Positions 59,301-64,000 of a DNA stretch of 64,000 bases are shown here, piece after piece. This DNA is from Amoebophrya sp. A120 (lineage: Eukaryota > Protista > Dinoflagellata), in the NCBI GenBank assembly GCA_905178155.1, contig CAJINV010000006.1:2107600-2171599 (forward strand). The letters are read 5' to 3'. The notes under the pieces were generated by a model. The model ran no database searches, had not been told where the DNA came from, and saw only the letters and a program-made list of their open reading frames with translations. Position 1 is the first letter of the stretch; every line of letters starts with the position of its first letter. Made by a program: the position numbers and the translations under genes.

Positions 59301-60983
59301 CATGGTCGCCTTGTGACTCAGACTCCGACTCGAATGTTTGTCATGCACGTTCTTTACCCAAAAGGAAACTTAAAAGCTTTCTGTCTCGTGTGTCATGCCG
59401 TCATTTTTCTAGGATAGGCCCTCGAAAACTTGTCACGCTCTGTACTAGCACGGTTGCATTTCAATTTCCCCTCCATCAACCAGCTGCATCACAAGTAGTA
59501 TGCTCCAGACAACTCAGATCGAAGCTATTGCTATTGATATTTGCAGTGGATAAGAAAACGCGTTTTGTGACTGCGTTTCCTCGAGGGTGCTAGAGCTGGG
59601 GTTCGGCGCAACAGCACCTTGAGCAGGCTGCTCTCTCCTACTGTCCGCTTCTTGCTGAAAAGTAAAACCAGGTCTATCATGGACCCATGCTGGTGGAGCT
59701 GGAGCAGGTGCCCCGTCTTCTTGTGAAGCCCACTCTTGCTGCTGCTGTTGTTGTTGTTCTGCCTCGGCCTCCAGAAGGGCTGTTAGGTTAACGGTTCCTG
59801 GAGGTTGCCGCGCTTGCTCCGGAGAGGTACTACTAGCCTGAGCCGCACCAGAACAACCTGCTGCATCAGCTCGAGAGGCCGCGTGTTCTGCTCCTACTCC
59901 TAAGTCATGCGCTTGTCGAGATGGATCTTGAAGAAAGGCGAAATTGTGTTGAAACAAAAATTGCAGATTGGGGAAATAATTCTTCAACCCAGGGTGGTGC
60001 CCCCACGTGTTGCTCTCCGGGGTCTGCAAGCGGCACATATTTATTTCATGGTCCACGTCGGGCAACTGCAGAGCTTCCTCGTGGTCTTCTAATAATTGTG
60101 CCGGACGCTTGTGGTCCAGCGGTGCCGTTGGAGGAGCAGATGCAGCAGACGAGCCACCGTCTTCTACTGTTACTGAGTTGTCCTGCTTTGTCGATGCAGG
60201 AGCGCCGCCACCATCAACTACACTTGTCATCCCCTGAAACTCGGCTTGAAACCGTTGATCGTGGTCTTCAGGCTGATGTCCTATTTCTTCTTTGACCCTA
60301 TGTCTTCGCCCTTCAACAGCAGACGACTTCTCCGCGAAAATGTCCGGCGAATGTTGTGTACTCTGCTCGAGTGTTGAGTCTTTATCTCCGCAGGAGTCGC
60401 CGGGGCTTTTGCAACTTCCTGTATCGGGTACTACTTCAAGGAGCTTGTTCTGTGCACATCCAGAACAAGCTGGTGCAGGGTCTACAGGCACCGGCCCTTG
60501 CGCATTCGCTCCTTGTTGGGCGGCCCCTTTATTACGCTTCCGCTTCCTTTTGGGCTTCGATTTACTAGTGTTTGAAGTTGTACCATCGCGAGTGACACCA
60601 CTAAGCTCCGGGAAGTCATCTACAGCTGGCGCCGCTTGATCTTGTTCAGCCATTGCGGAAACTGCGGCGGCGGAGGTCTTTTTCATCTTCCCAGACACGC
60701 CTCTAGCAGTACCTCCTGCTAGTTGTGGAACCCGAAGCGCCGGACCTCCCGGATGCGCTGGGGGAGTTGAAGGCAGGTTCTTTGGGGAAGATGCTGTAGT
60801 ACTTGATGCTGAGGCTCTAGCGCTAGCGCTGGCTCCCCCCGTTGGCAAGACGAGTTGTAGAGCGGGCGCGGTAAGAACCCAGAAAAACATGACTGCCTTG
60901 ACTGTAGCTCGTTGCGCCAAGCCGGTCAGGTTCCCCATCTCATTACCGCCAAGGACGGGTGGCTGGCTCCTGTGCCGCAACAT
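56393..60983 (-). CDS. Four-exon gene; low-complexity protein with a central coiled coil, unknown function
   Basis: ORFs 59514-60983, 57982-59226, 57032-57820 and 56393-56815 on - appear to join once the introners at 59220-59552, 57873-58082 and 56887-57136 are removed. The last junction was checked codon by codon. Confidence 0.7.
56887..57136. mobile_element. Introner family A (in a - strand gene)
   Basis: Family A TIRs; DR CGTGG/CGTAG. Confidence 0.9.
57873..58082. mobile_element. Introner family E
   Basis: Family E TIRs; DR GAGCA/CAGCA. Confidence 0.9.
59220..59552. mobile_element. Introner, family A-like (degenerate)
   Basis: TATGCATTTTGCAAATATC...GATATTTGCAGTGGATA; DR AGAAA/AGAAA. Confidence 0.75.
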
Positions 60984-62120
60984 GTTGACGGCGAGGAAGG
61001 GGATTCACGATTCGTGATGTCCCTGTTTCGTCGATCAACACTTCTGTTGAGTCCCAAGCAAGTCAAGAAGTTTGTGGTGCCGAAATATATAAAATTGTAA
61101 AATGCGTTTTTGATTTATTAATTGTGAAGAGAAGCGCGACACAAAATTTGTTTTCGAACAAATTTTCATGCACATGCACGGTAACAAAAACCAGGTCGCT
61201 GCAAAAATGCGTTCAAGAGCAGGATGACACTCTTCAAGTTGAAAAAAAAGTTAGCTGCTGATTTGTTCTTCTAGAAGAGAAGAGCTGCACACAGAATAAA
61301 TGAGTGGCTTTTTTCTATAGCCCAGTTAGTATAACAGCTGCTAAAGCAAAATCGAACGATGCATCTACAATTTCGAATCCGTAGTTCTTGAAAAATTAGA
61401 CAGCGACAGTGTTCTGAACGTCGACAGGACTGTGGGTGTAGCTTGTTCTTCTTGGGTGAGTTCTTCATTATATGCGCGGCTATCTTGAAAAATCAAACCG
61501 GACATCAATGTAGCATTGCGACATCTTCAATGAGTAAAGCTAACGCAACATGCGCGTCTTGCGTATCCGCTTTCCGCTTACTTTTGCTGTGATCATAGCG
61601 CGATGTTGAAGAAACAGAGCAGGATCTACCTCGAAGCTAGATAAATAGAAGTTGAAGATCTTTGATCTCCGAATTTCTCTGTTCTTATTTCTGTGTCTCA
61701 CTCAAGAATATACAATGCCGGATCTTTCGATCGCCACATCTGTCCTGTGCATGATAAACACTCGCTTTCAACACAGTCAGTGTGACACTGTAACTGTTTA
61801 ACAAGGGAGTGATGAATCGGAGCTCCTAGAGATCGCGAAATCTTGGAGTGGACGGTGGCTTATTCGCGCAATTACATGCAGTCCAGCATGACAGAAAACC
61901 TCTTGAGGTCGTATGTAAAGCAGCTGGAGAACTGTTCTGTGCAATTTCGGTCAACATCTGGCTGAGCAAGAAGGGAACACAAGCTGGTACTTCTAGCATG
62001 CCCTCCGTATAATTTTTGCGAACTTCCTCACGGTGGTGCAATCGCGTAGTATACGTCGTGGTCTCCGTTCATCTGTCACCACAGGGTGCGCAACAATCAG
62101 ATGTGCATGGTTGTTCTATC

Positions 62121-63174
62121 TTAATTTTCAATCCAAGCCAAAACATCGGGAGCTGTGTGCAAAATGGTTTTTTTTCTGGAATTTCTTCTAGGAAGACGAT
62201 CTTCACGATTTTTACCATCTTCAGAAGGAAGAGCTAGAGTTGTGTTTCTGTCTCCTGCGACAATAAAATCCCGCACCGCGTCGACTACTTGGTATTCGCA
62301 ATTCACGCATGCATTGCAAAAGTACCGCACTCGTATAAATGCATCACAAATTTCCTCAGCATCAGAAATAAAATTTGTAATGCGGATTTACGTTAAGAAA
62401 AAGATTTGTAATGCATGACTGCAATACTTGTACGATACTTTTGCACAGGATATCACGCAATCCGCACTGTAGTCGTGGACCAGTAAAATGGATGGCCTAT
62501 CGGTGACCAACAGCTTCGACCAATGCTCCAGGTCCCACTTATCCAGAAAAACACACCCATCCCCATCCAATTTGTCATGCAAAACATGCATACAGTCCAG
62601 TGTTTGTCATGCAAAACATGGATGCTGGGGATGGGTGTTTTTTTCTGCATACCACTTCGTCTCCTCGTACGAATGGTCCCCGTCGATGAAGATCGCATCG
62701 AACTTGTATTGCTGATCGCCAATCACATTGTCCCCATCGGTAATATCGGGAAGAGCTTCTTCATCTTCTGCAGCATGATTCTGAAACTCCTTCCACGCTT
62801 CCCGACTGGAGACGGCATGGAAGTGGACGTTCGGTGATTTCGCAAATCGTATCAAACGCAAATATGTCTGGGTCTGGAGGAAGAGAGTGCAAGTTTGTCA
62901 TGCTTGTCTGGCATGATTCTCAAGTCTGTGATGCATGAGCAGGAGAAGGGCCTCTTGCCTGTCATGCAACAACGCAGCTTGTCATGCGAAAAACCAAGCA
63001 CACAACAGCACAGAAAACTTGTCATGCTGGGCGGCATATTGCAGCGCGCCCACCATTCGCAAATTAGCATCACAAGTTTCCAGACCCAGACATATTTGCA
63101 ATGCATAAATCGAAACTTCACCTTGGAAAACCGTTTCTTCTGTAACTTCTCCGTCAGGCTCCACGGTTCCATCT
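62121..63174 (-). CDS. Class I SAM-dependent methyltransferase (Methyltransf_24-like), 5'-truncated; upstream exons probably lie beyond the window
   Basis: Spliced: RFAKSPNVHFHAVSSREAW...YKFDAIFIDGDHSYEETKWDLEHWSKLLVTDRPSILLVHDYSADCVNCEYQVVDAVRDF. The FIDGDHSY...HD motif is typical of Methyltransf_24. Confidence 0.8.
62308..62452. mobile_element. Introner family B
   Basis: Family B TIRs (begins CAT); DR TCACG/TCACG. Confidence 0.85.
62540..62651. mobile_element. Introner family C
   Basis: Family C TIRs; DR CCACT/CCACT. Confidence 0.9.
62850..63107. mobile_element. Introner family A
   Basis: Family A TIRs; DR AATCG/AATCG. Confidence 0.9.
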
Positions 63175-63330
63175 TATGCACTGCAACGTTGTCACTGGGT
63201 CTGGAAACACAGAACTTGTAATGCTAGTCCTACATTCCTGGAAAATCTGTATTGCGTGGGCATGTTGACTAACAAGAAGAGGACGCCCACGACCTCTTCT
63301 GTCATTACAAGGCTGCAGCTTATGTCGCGT
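63175..63330. mobile_element. Introner family A, left part, followed by GC-rich sequence running off the window
   Basis: TATGCACTGCAACGTTGTCACTGGGTCTGGAAAC...; no right TIR within the window. Confidence 0.65.
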
Positions 63331-64000
63331 AGTGGGAGGGTGAACGAGTGGACAGGGGGGAAAGAAAAACGCCAGAGGGTGGGCAAGGGAGAAAATTTTT
63401 GATGCAGGACGGGGCCAGGCATCTGCGCCGCTTCTTGCTGAACGAACGAAGGCGGAGCGCCATGGGGCGCCCGTGGTTCCCGTCGTTGCGCGAGCGCGAG
63501 GACCCCGCCCGCACTGGGCGCGCGTTTGCGTGGCGGCAAGCCTTAGGCCCAAGCAACAACGCAAAGCGCGGCAGCGGGCGGGCGCCAGTGGACGGGGGAA
63601 GGAGGCAAGGGAACTAATAGCCCGCGCCATGCGAGGCGCTGGCACGTGACGCCCCGCCCGCGCGTTTGCGGTGTGGCCCGCCCGTGCCGCCTGCCCCCTG
63701 TGTGCCCCGCCCCTGCGCGCCTTGCTGCCCCCCCCGCCCTTCTCCCGCGCGCAGCCTTGCAGAGAAGGGGCTCGCTGATGCCCCTGCCGCGCGCGTGGAT
63801 GGAGGACGGGCGCCGGGGCGGGGCAGCGCAGCCATTGCCCCCCAGGCGCAGGGGCCCACCACCCTCCCCCAGCACCCCCGGACAACAACGGCACCCCCCG
63901 CGTTAGCTCGCGCGAAATCTGCCCCGCCCCCGTCTGCCTCCCTCGCGCGCACCCTCCAAGACAGAGACGGCGGACGGTGGCGCCCTCTGCCGGCCTCCTC

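Noticed and set aside
1-64000. Ciliate-type IES (DNA-level excision) interpretation of the TA-bounded elements
   Set aside because: Not favoured. The flanks are variable 5-bp duplications rather than a TA repeat, the standard genetic code fits, and some copies grade into GT-AG introns. It is not formally excluded without DNA and RNA comparison.

Overview
Eukaryotic genomic DNA, most likely from a parasitic syndinian dinoflagellate such as Amoebophrya. This is inferred from intron style and gene layout, not from a search. About 8-9 protein-coding genes are broken into short exons by roughly 75 short (108-346 bp) transposon-like introns ('introners'). These fall into at least 13 terminal-inverted-repeat (TIR) families. 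Nearly all begin TAT and end ATA, are flanked by 5-bp direct repeats (DR), and share an internal TTGTVATGC motif. Some families occur in both orientations. Removing an element plus one DR copy restores the reading frame wherever I checked, often with no possible GT-AG boundary. Genes reconstructed by hand: an unknown protein (partial), a multi-p25alpha/TPPP-like protein, a PDZ-like multipass membrane protein, an N-acylated MAP3K-like kinase with DMG in place of DFG, a Cdc73/parafibromin-domain protein, two unknown low-complexity coiled-coil proteins, a further low-complexity segment, and a Methyltransf_24-like SAM methyltransferase (partial). Genes run co-directionally on + up to ~52.4 kb and on - from ~56.4 kb, converging on an AT-rich, repeat-containing spacer. 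Two copies of a ~0.85-kb non-autonomous Helitron-like element are nested inside introners. GC-rich, introner-free islands of about 1.4-2 kb lie upstream of several genes. All gene models are manual and need RNA-seq confirmation.
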